From positions 3,472,001 through 3,536,000 of the forward strand of contig OZ361258.1 of NCBI GenBank assembly GCA_977018835.1: a stretch of DNA of 64,000 bases, in the 5' to 3' direction. Positions 21,665 to 34,319 of the stretch are shown here, piece after piece. Source of the stretch: Minutocellus sp. GHC0000111 (taxonomy: Eukaryota). A model generated the notes under the pieces. That model saw nothing but the letters and a program-made list of their open reading frames with translations. It did not search any database and was not told the origin of the DNA. How positions within the stretch are numbered: the stretch's first letter is position 1; each line of letters starts with the position of its first letter. The translations under genes and the position numbers were made by a program.

Positions 21665-24600
21665 ATGTCCCCAAACAACCACCAGGCGGAGGCCGACGAC
21701 GAAGAGACAATGAGTGTCGATGTGGACGACTGCGTCCTGATTGGCCCCGACTTGAATCAACATCGGGCTCTGAAAGACCCCAAGGTGTACCGGCAATTCG
21801 TCATCAAGAAGAATGGCCTTCGGTGCATCGTCATTGAAGACACGGTCGCCATGGTTCAGGAACGCAATGAGCAAGGAAACTTCGCCGAAGATAGCGGATA
21901 TGAGAGTGAAGCATCGAGTGTTATGGAGGATGAGGAGGGCAGTGCAGAAGACGCCGATAGCGATGATGAAAATTTTATTGACGAGGAGGAACATGAAGAT
22001 GAAGAGGCTGGTATCCGAAAGGCGGCGGCAGCAATGGTCGTCAACGTCGGGTCGTTCTCAGACCCTCTTTGCTGCCAAGGCACCGCCCATTATCTCGAAC
22101 ACATGCTGTTCATGGGGACCGAGAAATACCCTCAAGAGAACGAGTACGACGCGTTTCTATCAAAGAATGGCGGAAGCGACAATGCATTTACTGAGCTTGA
22201 ATATACCCTGTATCATTTCGATGTGGCTCAAGAGAAGCTGTGGGAGGCTATGGACATGTTCTCGCAATTCTTTGTGAGTCCGCTCCTTCGACCAGAAGCC
22301 ATGGAACGCGAATTAAATGCCATTGAGAGCGAATTTCAGTTGAGTAAGAACGACGACGGGTGCAGATTCCAGGAGCTCATGTGTCAGACATGTGGCAAAG
22401 AAGCATCGGATCATCCGTTTGGCAAGTTCAGTTGGGGTAATATTAAGTCGTTACAGGAAATTCCAGAAGCAAATGGAGTCGATGTGATTGAAGAAATTCG
22501 CAAATTTTATCGCCAGTACTATTATGCGTCCAACATGACGCTTGTAGTCGTTGGGGCATACCCCTTGGACGAGCTCGAGGCCAAGGTACTCGAATGTTTC
22601 TCCGACGTCCCGGCGCTTCCGAGAGAGTCATCGCCTCTGCAAATGGTGGTGAAGAATGAGGGCACTTTCGAGAGGGTAGTGGAATCGCCAATCAAGGCTT
22701 TTGGCTTCCCTTTCGATTCTTCATCTATGGGCCGGCTATATCGAATCGTTCCGGTGAGAGACAAGCACAGCCTCACTATAACGTGGCAACTTCCGCCTCA
22801 GACCGACTGGATGTCCAAGCCCGCTGATTACATCGCTCACCTATTAGGTCACGAATCGAAGGGCTCGATATTGTCTGCGCTTCGAACAAAGGCTTGGGTG
22901 ACCGGTTGCCATGCAGGCATTGGATCTGGAGGTTATGAGGTATGTCGGATTTGCGACTGTTTCTCGCTTGGTGAGATAGTTTTTTCTTTTTATATCACTC
23001 ACCTCCAACAACTTTTCTCTTCTTACCGATCGATACTCTTAGAACGCCTCTTCCCACGCACTATTTTCGTTCACGCTGATGCTTTCAGAGGAAGGTGTGA
23101 GCCATTGGTCAGAAATCGTTGCGGTCGTCTACACCTACATTGGCATGTTCCGTCACCATTGTCACTGTCCCGATGGACTTCCTTCCTACATTTATGATGA
23201 GCTCAAGACAATTCAGAAAATTGCGTACGAATATCAAGACGAGGCGAGCCCAGATGAACTCGTTGAGCTCGTCGCCGAAGCTTCGACCTGCTCATACCTG
23301 CCAGCAGACCGGCTTCTCGATGGTAACTCTGTGTTGCAGTCGTTCAATGGCGAAGCGATCAAAAGTCTTCTCGATGATTATTTCAGGCCTATGAACTCGC
23401 GAGTTGATCTGACTTCATCAACATTTGGTAGAGATGTGGACTTTGTCAACAGTAGCATCAATGATGATGATGATGAAGTGATGGAAGAAATGGCATCGTC
23501 AAATGGCAAGGAGCAAAGGTGTGAATCGACCAAAAAGAAATTCGGCGACCCCAAACAGGAATTCAACTTTGGAACAAGATACTGGTGTGAGAAGATTGAT
23601 GCAGGCGTTTTGGCGGAATGGGGAGATCTCTCCCAGCCTCGCATTGCCCCGGCGTCGTCTTTGCTGGAGTTACCCCCGCTCAACCCATTTTTACCGGCCA
23701 AGCTTGGCTTGAAACCTCTACCAGATGCAGAGGATGATGCCCACCACCCACTCACTGAAGAGAATGAAACGCATGAGCAGGACCAGGCGCGAGCGCAGGC
23801 GCATTTTCCTGCTATCCCACCGGCAGCCCCCGAGTCCCATTTGCCTCGCCTGATTTCCAATACGAAGGGAGTAAGATTGTATCATCTGCAAGACCGGACG
23901 TTTAAACGACCCATCGCTGAGCTCCGTATGCGAATCGTCTGCGCTGGGGGAAACCAGTCTCCGTTTGTCCGTGCCTGCAGCGACCTCTTTGTGACATTGA
24001 TGAAAGACTCACTAATCGAGCTGTGCTATCAGGCATCAACATGTGAGCTTGGTAGTAACATCTCGATCGATGACATCGGCTTTCCGATTCGAGTCCACGG
24101 CTTTGACGATAAGCTTTTCGATCTTGCTAGCAAAATTTTATCAGTATTTTTCAGTTTCCGAGATGTTGAACGGGATGGCGAGTTCCCAACATCGATCAAA
24201 ACTGGAAGATTTTCTGCTTGTGTAGAGATGCTAATGAGATCTTACCGCAACGCTGGAACCCAAGCTTCCCAGTACTCCGCCAATGTCCGTCTTCGATGCA
24301 TCCGCCCGACAACGTGGTCATGTGATGCTAAGGTGGGTTTCTCGTTAGTATGATTTGTTCTGGGACAACCATTTCTTCATTTCCATACTTCTAACTACCC
24401 GTCTACTTTCACGTCTTTCTCTCCAAATTCTTCAGGCTAAAGCGCTCGAGGGCATTGATATTGCTTCCTTTATGCACGCCATATCGCCAATGCTTCGCCA
24501 AGTCAGCATCGATGCTCTTTTGCATGGCAACGTGACTTTGTCTGATGCCGCAGAGGCAGAATTGATGCTGCAGAACGCCATCAAATCGCCTACTTCCAGC

Positions 24601-25496
24601 ATTTTGCCGAGGGACCAGTATCCCAAAGAGACTCTCGTTCAGCTACCATTGTCTTCTGGTGATAGCTACATCATAACTACGCCTACCAAAGACGCCACCG
24701 AAAGCAACACCGCCGTCGAGGTTTACTACCAGGTTTCCAAGGATGACGTAAAGAAGAGGGTCCTCGTCGACTTGCTGGAGCACGTGCTGTACGAGCCACT
24801 ATTTGATCAGGTAAGGCCAAAAGTGTTCGAAAGGGTTTTTATTTCGGTTGCCTGCGCTGTAGTGTGCATGGCATGGACATTTCACTGCTTACTTGTGGAT
24901 CTAACGCATCACCTTGGATTGGTCCTAAATATTTCTCTAATTCTTACCTGCAGTTACGAACGAAAGAACAATTCGGCTATCAGGTTTCGTGCGGCGCAAG
25001 ATGGACCGCCGGGGTTATTGGGATGAGTTTTCGGGTTGTTTCAGCAGCAAAGAACGCAACAGAAATCACTGCCCGCATCGATCGATTCCTCCTAGAGTAT
25101 CGCGAAGAGTTAGCCAATATGTCAAATGAAACCTTCACAGAGCATGTGGTAGGCTTGGCCAAGATTAAGCTCCAGATGCATAACTCGCTGGACGAAGAAA
25201 GCGCTGCATTGTGGTATGAGTGCACCATCGACCGATATGAATGGGAAGTGCACCGTAACGAGGCGCTTTGCCTCCGAGAAATCATTTTGGACGACCTCTT
25301 ATCTTGCTATGATGAGTACTTTCATCCTGGCGGTGCGGAGAAGAGGAATGAGAGGAGACGCATTACAATCCAAGTCATTGGCACTGGCAAAGATTCATCA
25401 GATGGAAGACCTGCCATCGATTCTGCCAAGGTCGATGAGGAGGTCGATAAAATGATTGTGAGCTTTCACAAATCGGCCGGTGCAGTGTGGAAGTAA
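21665..25496 (+). CDS. M16A metallopeptidase (nardilysin/insulysin-like); introns 22940-23042, 24333-24435, 24811-24953
   Basis: Inverted zinc motif HYLEHMLFMGTEKYP, N-terminal acidic insert as in nardilysin, HLLGHE.KGS, FDQLRTKEQFGY across the last splice; three GT-AG introns link the four ORFs. Confidence 0.92.
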
Positions 25497-25668
25497 ATAA
25501 CCAGTGTTTCCTCGATGCGCCGTCATATACTACGTAGCTGGAAATTCCCATTTACTTTTTGATGATGATTCTATAACATTTATGTTGGTCCTTCTAATGT
25601 GCTAGCTATCGGTGGCACCATCACCTCCTTCGCATAAATATATACATAAAAACAAAAAGTTATTGGGC

Positions 25669-27610
25669 TTAGAGATCGACGGTATCGCCCTTTTCATACT
25701 TGCGCCCGGCATTTTCATTCGCCATTACAGATAGATCGTCGTTGCGTTGTCTTCTCTCCGAACCATAGACGTCCGGGGGTGCTACTGCTGCTGCAGACTT
25801 CAGGCCAAGGCTACTTTCGTCACTGCTAATCACCGAGCCAGAAGCAAAACTCAAAGCCGCCATAACCTCAGAAGCTCTGGCGTCGTTCGAAGCTCCAATG
25901 ACATGGCCAACATTCCTCACATCATTGTGGCGCAACTCAGAGGGAGGTACGGGAGGGGCGTCGCCTTCCACATCGATGAAGACGGGTTCCTTACCAGCGA
26001 GAGTGCATGTTGGACAAGACGAACTCTGACATCTGTGTACGTTGTTGGCCGCAAGGGCTCTCTCAACGTCATCGCTCAAGTCCAGAGCCCTGCTGTCACC
26101 GACCACCAGCACCATTTTGCTACCATCGCTACCGCTGTACTCTGTACTATCTTCAAAGTCGTAGGGAAGCATGTTGGCATTCTTCCTCAAGCCTAGCTCA
26201 TCTTCTCGGATATTGAGCCTCTTGTCGCGATTCTTCTTCCCAACGAGCAAAAGGATGAGACCAACTAGGAGGGTAGTTGCGGCCATGGCAATGATGGGAA
26301 TGATACTTCTGTTGATGCCATCGGTACTTTGGGCTCCAACAGTGCTACTAATCGCAGCAGCGCCACCAGTGCCATTGTTTTCTCCGTCACTGCCGTTACC
26401 GGCACCCTCAGCACCGCCATTAGCAGTGTCGTCCTTCTTATTTTGAGTGAATATGGCAGATACGGTGTGTTTACCATTGTGGTCCCAAGCCGTTGGGTCT
26501 GTTCCCTGGTCAATCTCATCTTTATCATTGACCTACAAGTGGAAAAGAAGGGCGTAAGTAGAAGAGGGAGTCAAATGAGGTGGGGGTTAGACATTGCTTT
26601 GGCCCAATACTTTTGATTCATACCACAATATTCATAAATGGACGAACTCGACTCACTCCGTCTCCATCACTATCGGCATCGTATGGGTCCGTTCCAAGTT
26701 CCATCTCCTCTGCATCCGTCAGTCCATCGCAATCCGAGTCGATCGTTGAGGAGACCTTGCCCTCTTTCGGACCGTTTGGGGATAGTCGCTGCATTCCTCG
26801 TCGGGTGTTCTTCCCTGATTTCGGCATCTTTGCACTTTTGGCGGTCTTGGCGGTTTTGGGCATTTTGTTACCGGCACTGATGGAGTCACTCCTCACGCCG
26901 TCGGGTCCCCTGCCCCCTGGGCGGGGAACACACACGACCTCCTCGCGGACGTCGGTATCATCGCTATCATCGGCATCGACGTTAGTATCAGTGCCAGCAG
27001 TCATTGCTCCTTTCGCTGATTTCGATTTCGGCGTCATATTTGTAGGAATATCGCCATTGGCATCCTGCTTCACTGCTTCTCCAGTAGCATCGACTCCCTT
27101 GGCCGATTTCGGTGTTTTCGTTGTAGTTGGAGTATCAACAGCGTCCTGCTTTACGGCCTCACTAACAGCATCGGTGCCCTTCGACTTGATCGATGTGATT
27201 GAAGAAGGAGTATCAGCATCGCCATTGGCGCCATCCTGCTTGACTACCTGATTGGATTCAATCGTCCCCTTGTGAGACTTGGGCGTCTTGGGCTCAGCGC
27301 CGGTAGCGCCACGAGGGTCAAGATCGTCCATGTAGCCATGTCCGAGAAGTAGTCCATCCTGGGCGCGATTGCCGGTGGTCTTGCCATGCTTTCGGGGCTG
27401 GAAGAGTGGTTTGGGATATATGAGCTCCACACCATCCTTCTCCTTTGGCTGCAGTGATCTTCTGGCGAAGGCATGTCTCCTGGCGCCGCGATGGTACGAG
27501 GCTCCCAGTACACCTCCAGTCTTCGTTTTGGCATCGGCAGTGGTCAGCACGAGGGCCACCGACGAAACGGAAAGAACGAGGGCTGCGGTTGTGGCGGCTG
27601 GAATCCTCAT
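25669..27610 (-). CDS. Secreted, single-pass membrane KXXK-rich (silaffin/SAP-like) protein, paralog A; exons 27610-26657 and 26532-25669 (about 605 aa)
   Basis: Signal peptide, RRSL (RXL) site, KTPK/KSAK/KTAK motifs, two DxDxDG..D..E..GTDP repeats completed across an in-frame GT-AG intron, TM helix IIPIIAMAATTLLVGLILLLVG-KK, cytosolic VHRCQSSSCPTC. Confidence 0.75.
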
Positions 27611-28397
27611 TCTTTAGGAAGAGAGGGATTTAAGGTTAATTTGGCAAAACACGAACCAACGAGAAGGAAAGAAGTCGATGTACCGTCAGTTCAAGAATAC
27701 CACTGAGATAGATTCTACTACTCTGCCGATCGAGATCGTTGACTGATCAATCGATGAATTGGTTGAGATGTCTTTACTCTCTCTTCGTTGTTGCTGGCTG
27801 GTGGAAGGAGGAGAGCACAAAAGGAAAGTAGCCAGAGAAGGTTACGTCGTACTATTTCACTTCGATCTCTACTCTTTGCAAAAAGATGAGAGTGGCATGC
27901 GCCGTCCCATGCGTTGAATAAGACATTGGTAGCGCTAACAACCAAAGGCGGACAAGCAGGAGCGCATCGGTCGGAGACAAGACACATCCAATCGTATTGG
28001 CTGCGCACCAAGATCCACCATTTTGCTGTGCTCAGCGTGCGTTGGATTGTGGCAGGAGCCGGCAGGCTTGCGAGATATTGACTCTGACTCACTCGACTGA
28101 AAATGCAATCGGTGAAAAAGGCCAACCAGACGGCACGGACGTCCCTGCCGGAGCATTTTTTTCATGCTCGATAGACTCGAGCTAGATCTACTAATTGCTA
28201 GTCTAGTAGAGCTACTTGTACATCTGTGCCATCTTTACGCAGTTTTCGATAAAATTATTCTTGCTCACAAACATATAAATTACTGAATAAGGATCGGAGA
28301 TCGTCGTAATCGCTCTCCCCTGACATTTTCATATTTGGCTTCCCGATCGATAGATAATCATAGATCTACTGAAAGCCGCCATCACTTCAGATTGGAC

Positions 28398-31099
28398 TTA
28401 GGCACCCCACCAGCTACACGTCCAGCAATTCACCATCTCTCCAAAGGAATTAGCCGGAGCGGCATCACGATCCTCGGCATCAACGACAATGGGTTCCTTG
28501 CCAGCGAAAGTGTCCCATGATGCAGCTTGAGGTTTATTGCCGCTTTCAATGTCGTCGCTACCACTGGGCTCCGGGAGGTTCTGCAAGCCAATTTCCTCCC
28601 TCTGCACATCGTCGAGGCGTCTCCTGTCGCGCCTCTTCTTTCCAACGACTACTAGAAGAAGACCAACAAGAAGGACGCAAGCTACCATGGCAATGATGGG
28701 TACGCCACTGAAACTGGCACCATTGGAAGTCATGGCTTCATAGGTGTTACTAATCGCAGCATTGACACTGCTCAAAATGCCACCTTCACTGGCACTCTGC
28801 TCTTCGTTGACCTCCTCAACAGCAGCAATGATAGTACCGGTAGAAGGAGCATCTCCATCGTCGGCGCCGGGGGCGCGAGTGTCATCGCCCTGCTCGTCGT
28901 TGGCCCCTTTATTGGTGACAATAGTAGTAGTACTAGTATTAGTACCGGCGGTGTTGGCAGTGCTGGTAACCTTGGTAGACTTTGAAGCTTTAGGAGTATC
29001 TTCGTTGTCGACGGTGCGAGTGGCAATGCTCTCGGCGGTGGCGGCGGTATCGGTAGACTTGACAGACTTGGGAGTTTTCGTCGTTGCAGGAGGGGTAGCG
29101 GTGGGGGCAGCTCCGTTGTCGACGGTGCGAGTGGCGACGCTCTCGGCGGCGGCGGCGGTATCGGTAGACTTGACAGACTTGGGAGTTTTCGTCGTTGCAG
29201 GAGGGGTAGCGGTGGGGGCAGCTCCGTTGTCGACGGTGCGAGTGGCGACGCTCTCGGCGGCGGCGGCGGTATCGGTAGACTTGACAGACTTGGGAGTTTT
29301 CGTCGTTGCAGGAGGGGTAGCGGTGGGGGCAGCTCCGTTGTCGACGGTGCGAGTGGCGACGCTACCGTCGGTACCACTCTCGGCGGCGGCGGCGGTATCG
29401 GTAGACTTGACAGACTTGGGAGTTTTCGTCGTTGCGAGTGGCGACGCTATCGTACTGCTTGTCGTCGGCTTCTTTAGCAGTACCCTTATCAGCAAGGGCC
29501 GACTTGCCGGTGCTGGTCTCGGCTTCTTTAGCAGTACCCTTATCAGCAAGGGCCGACTTGCCGGTGCTGGTCTCGGTAGTCTTAGACTTGGGAGATTTTC
29601 CTTGACTAGGAGTAGAAGGAGCATCATCTCCATTGTCAGTGCGAGTGGCGAGGCTACCCTCGGTAGCGGTGGCGGTGGTAGTACCCTTGGGCGCCTTCAT
29701 CGTTGTGGAAGCAGTATTTCCATCGTCGGTACGTGTTGCGACACCCTCGGTAGCGGTGGCGGTGGTAGTACCCTTGGGCGCCTTCGTCGTTGTGGAAGCA
29801 GTATTTCCATTGTCAGTGCGAGTGGCAAGGCTACCCTCGGTGGCGGTGGCGGTGGCGGTGGTAGTACCCTTGGGCGCCTTCGTCGTTGTGGAAGCAGTAT
29901 TTCCATTGTCAGTGCGAGTGGCGAGGCTACCCTCGGTGGCGGTGGCGGTGGCGGTGGTAGTACCCTTGGGCGCCTTCGTCGTTGTGGAAGCAGTATTTCC
30001 ATTGTCAGTGCGAGTGGCGAGGCTACCCTCGGTGGCGGGTGGCGGTGGTAGTACCCTTGGGCGCCTTCGTCGTTGTGGAAGCAGTATTTCCATTGTCAGT
30101 GCGAGTGGCGAGGCTACCCTCGGTGGCGGTGGTAGTACCCTTGGGCGCCTTCGTCGTTGTGGAAGCAGTATTTCCATTGTCAGTGCGAGTGGCGAGGCTA
30201 CCCTCGGTGGCGGTGGCGGTGGCGGTGGTAGTACCCTTGGGAGATTTGCCACCTTCACCTTCACCGGTACGTGTGACGACACCCTCGGTAGCGGAGGCGG
30301 TGGCGGTAGTACCCTTGGGAGATTTGCCACCTTCACCTTCACCGGTACGTGTGACGACACCCTCGGTAGCGGTGGCGGCGGTAGTACCCTTGGGAGATTT
30401 GCCACCTTCACCTTCACCGGTACGTGTGACGATGCCATTGTCCATGCCACCCTCTGCCTTAGCGGCCTTGGGAGATTTGCCACCTTCACCTTCACCGGTA
30501 CGTGTGACGATGCCATTGTCCATACCACCCTCTGCCTTAGCGGCCTTGGGAGATTTGCCACCTTCACCTTCGCCGGTGCGATTGCCACCGCCCATACCAC
30601 CCTCTGCCTTGGCGGCCTTGGGAGATTTGCCGGCATCTACACCTGCGCCACCGGTGCGGTTGCCACCGCCCATGTTATCACCCTCTCCCTTGGCAGACTT
30701 GGGAGATTTGCCGGCAGCTCCGTTGCCGGCGTCGGTGCGAGTGCCGACGCCAATGTCAACACCTTCGGCACCGTCGGCAGCACCATCTGGACCCTTGGCA
30801 GACTTGGACGATTTGCTGCCATTCACAATGCCGTTGCGATTGAAGTCCGCGTTGCCGTTGAAACCGGCACCAGGACGGCCGGCAAAGAATCCATCGGGAG
30901 TCAAATCCTCCATGTAGCCATGGCCGAGGAGGTAGCCCTCCTTCGTCCGGTCGCCGTTGGGCTTGCCATGATCTTGCGTCTGGTAGGAGTGGTAGGGCTT
31001 GTTGGGGTAGATGAGCGTTTCGGTGGCATCGACGGAGGTTGCCGAAAGGGTGGCAGCGGAGACGACGAGGGCCGCGAAGGTTGCGGCGGGAAATCTCAT
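28398..31099 (-). CDS. Secreted, single-pass membrane KXXK/Thr-rich tandem-repeat protein, paralog B; two frame breaks (about 30037 and 29435)
   Basis: Signal peptide; N-terminal LIYP..HGK..G.R..EG.LLGHGYM.DL shared with paralog A; KSPK/KAAK/KAPK/KSVK repeats spread over three frames; TM GVPIIAMVACVLLVGLLLVVVG-KK and AGKEP motif shared with A. Confidence 0.7.
29005..30640. repeat. Coding minisatellite arrays: about 111-bp units (29.0-29.43 kb), a 51-bp duplication (about 29.47-29.57 kb), about 87-96-bp units (29.63-30.24 kb) and about 72-75-bp units (30.24-30.6 kb)
   Basis: TCGGTAGACTTGACAGACTT recurs at 29050, 29161 and 29272 (111-bp period); the other blocks are near-identical direct repeats. 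Confidence 0.9.
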
Positions 31100-31792
31100 T
31101 TTCTATTTATTGTATGTGAAGCGTTAGCGTTTGTCTGTGTATGTGCTGTGATCAGTATTGTATGTATTGATCTGCGATGTGTGTATCTTGTGCGATCCGA
31201 TCGGTGACAATGCAAATCAGTACAATAATTGCAGCGCTCCCTTCGTTCTGGGTCGGGGCGGTGGAAAAGTGAGCCCACGCAAAGCACAGTGAAACGAGGC
31301 GACGGTCGTCGCCATCCTCCAGGAGGCGGGTCGACGTGTCAGCTTTCACGTCGCCGCCTTCCGTTGCAAAAACCATGTCCCAGATGAGTGCGGATGCACC
31401 GCCCCATGCGTTGGGGACATTTTGACCCAGGAGCACACCTGTTCTAATGGTTCCATAGCGCGATGCCAACAGCCGTCGCCATCATTGGAACCTTCCGCCG
31501 CGCGCTGGCGTGCGTTGGGCAAGCAAGCGTGCCATGGGTTGGGGTCGGATTTATTTTGGCGGCCTGCGGCAGAGAGGCCGGGCAGGCTTGCTCGGCGAGG
31601 TTGGAACAGCTCGTTTGTATCTGGGGAAAACAGGACTCACTCGACTTGTTTATTTTTCAATATCCGTTGGTAGTGTGACTCATAACCTATTGAATCCACC
31701 GCTGTTCCTTCCTTCCGCCCCGCTGGATTTGCCTCGCTTACTTTTGCGTGTTGTTGTTGTTTAGTAACTATCCGCTCGCAAGCTTCCCAACC

Positions 31793-34101
31793 ATGAGCGT
31801 CCGCACTGCCGCCACCACCCTCGCGCGCGTCGCCGCCCCTCTGGTGCGTTTTTTGATGGTCGGAAATTTTACTGGAAGAGGAGCCAAAGAGTCGTCGGAC
31901 GAACTCCACCGAAAAATCGGGACCAGCAGTCAGTCGGTATCGAAGGGTTGCGGTGGTAGCTGACCGGTAGCTGTCGCTGGGGGAGAGCCGATTCGATATG
32001 CCGGGATGGAATGAGATGTGCCAGTAATGGAATGAGAGCATGGGTCGGTCTTGCCGGTCGCCGAGGATAAAAGCGGCACATGACGTGCCTCGGACTCTTT
32101 TTCCGCCGCACCGCACCGCCGGTTCCGTTTTTTCCTTCCGTCGTGTGTGGTCCGCCGCTCGGCTCCGGGGCGCTGCCGAGCATGTGTTCCAATGAAGGCA
32201 AGGCAGATACCAGTCCGACAGGGTGTTAAAATGGTCTCATAGAGACAAGTTTTGGTCCGCTGTATCGGCAGTATCTTGTCCCCTTCATGCTTGGGACGGC
32301 TCGAGATATTCCCCCCGCGCGGTCGGTCGGAGGGCGGCATGTCGGCGGTTTTTCTCCTTCCCGGACCCGACGGAGAGCTGCTCGCACTTCCTGCTGGTCA
32401 TCGACGTGGCTATTCGGGATATTTACAATCGGATCGGATATCCTTTCGACCGCATTTCTTCCATTCGTTCCCTTTTGCATCTTTTACTCACCTGCCGTTT
32501 CCTCCCCCCTCCCTCCCATTACTATCCAGGTCGCCCGCCGGACCGCCGTCGCTGCCCAGCAGACGACCCGCTCCATGGCCTCGCAGACCCTCGAGCTCTC
32601 GACCTACCTCGAGTCCAAGATCAGCGGCGCCTCCTCGGAGGACACCACCGCCAAGTACGCCGAGACCGGATCCGTCATCTCCGTCGGTGACGGTATCGCC
32701 CGTGTCTACGGCCTCTCCAACGTCCAGGCCGGAGAGATGGTTGTCTTCGCCTGCGGACTCCGCGGCATGGCCCTCAACCTCGAGGAAGACAACGTCGGTG
32801 TCGTCATCTTCGGTGACGATCGCGACATCCTCGAGGGCGACACCGTCAAGCGGACCGGCGCCATCGTCGACGTTCCCGTCGGCGAGGAGCTCCTCGGCCG
32901 CGTCGTCGACGGCATCGGCCAGCCCATCGACGGCGGCGCCTCCCTCGACAACTGCAAGCGCAGCCGTGCCGAGGTCAAGGCTCCCGGCATCATCCCCCGC
33001 GAGTCCGTCTCCGAGCCCATGCTCACCGGCCTCAAGGCCGTCGACGCCCTCATCCCCATCGGCCGTGGACAGCGCGAGCTCATCATCGGCGATCGTCAGA
33101 CCGGCAAGACCGCCATCGCCATTGACACCATCATCAACCAGAAGACGAAGGCCGAGCCCCTCGCCTGCATCTACGTCGGCGTCGGACAGAAGCGGTCCAC
33201 CATCGCCCAGCTCGTCGGACAGCTCGACGAGAAGGAGGCCATGGGCAACTGCATCATCGTCGCTGCCACTGCCTCCGACTCCGCCCCCCTCCAGTTCTTG
33301 GCCCCCTACACCGGTGCCGCCATGGGCGAGTACTTCCGTGACAACGGCAAGCACGCCGTGATCTTCTACGACGATCTTTCCAAGCAGGCCGTCGCCTACC
33401 GTCAGATGTCCCTCCTCCTCCGTCGTCCTCCTGGACGTGAGGCCTACCCCGGTGACGTCTTCTACCTCCACTCCCGTCTCCTCGAGCGTGCCGCCAAGAT
33501 GCACCGCAACCAGGGCGGAGGATCCCTGACCGCCCTCCCCGTCATCGAGACCCAGGCCGGTGACGTGTCCGCCTACATCCCCACCAACGTCATTTCCATC
33601 ACCGACGGACAGATCTTCCTCGAGTCCGAGCTCTTCTACCAGGGCCAGCGCCCCGCCATCTCCGTCGGCCTCTCCGTCTCCCGCGTCGGTTCCGCCGCCC
33701 AGTACAAGGCCACCAAGTCCGTCGCCGGTACCATGAAGCTCGAGCTCGCCCAGTACCGTGAGGTCGCCGCCTTCGCCAAGTTCGGTTCCGACCTCGACGC
33801 CGCCACCCAGCAGCAGCTCAACCGCGGCGTCCGCCTCTGCGAGCTCCTCAAGCAGGGCCAGTACGAGCCCCAGGAGCCCGAGGAGGTCGTCGCCTCCCTC
33901 TTCATCGGCGTCAAGGGCTACTGCGACCGGATCGATGTCGACCAGGTCCAGGCCTTCGAGGCTGCCTTCCTCGCCCACGTCAAGTCGGCCCACGGCAAGA
34001 TCCTCAAGGAGATCGTCGACGCCGGCTACGTCCTCAACGAGTCCGCCGAGAAGGAGCTCCACGAGATCGCCGAGGACTTCACCAACGGCTACTCCGCTTA
34101 A
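31793..34101 (+). CDS. atp1: Nuclear-encoded mitochondrial F1 ATP synthase alpha subunit; exon 1 31793-31843, exon 2 32530-34101
   Basis: [18 protein letters not shown] (P-loop), [44 protein letters not shown]; Arg/Ala/Thr presequence [33 protein letters not shown] across a GT-AG intron; strong C-ending codon bias. Confidence 0.95.
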
Positions 34102-34319
34102 AAGAAAATCTTCTCGTCTGACGTCGCTTGGATGTGATGAAGATTGTTGATGGATACGTACGTAAGTCAGTTATGGATTTTGGTTGCTCTGAGATAAACG
34201 ATATGTCACCAACCGCACGACAAAAAAGATTGAAATGCACACCATATCATAGGAATACAGTGTAATGTAATAGATAAGTGTGCTACCTTGATCGCGTTGC
34301 GTACTCTTTTTAGAAGCGT

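Noticed and set aside
29005..30640. CRISPR-like regularly spaced repeats
   Set aside because: Units are contiguous, mostly multiples of 3, encode KXXK peptides and lack unique spacers; there are no cas genes and the context is eukaryotic.
32488..34062. 524-aa antisense ORF opposite atp1 (likewise 14088-15869, 4063-5403, 19488-20618)
   Set aside because: Shadow ORFs arising from strong codon bias and high GC of the sense gene; no recognisable motifs.
31793..34101. atp1 as a NUMT or bacterial contaminant
   Set aside because: It has a spliceosomal intron, a targeting presequence and nuclear high-expression codon usage.
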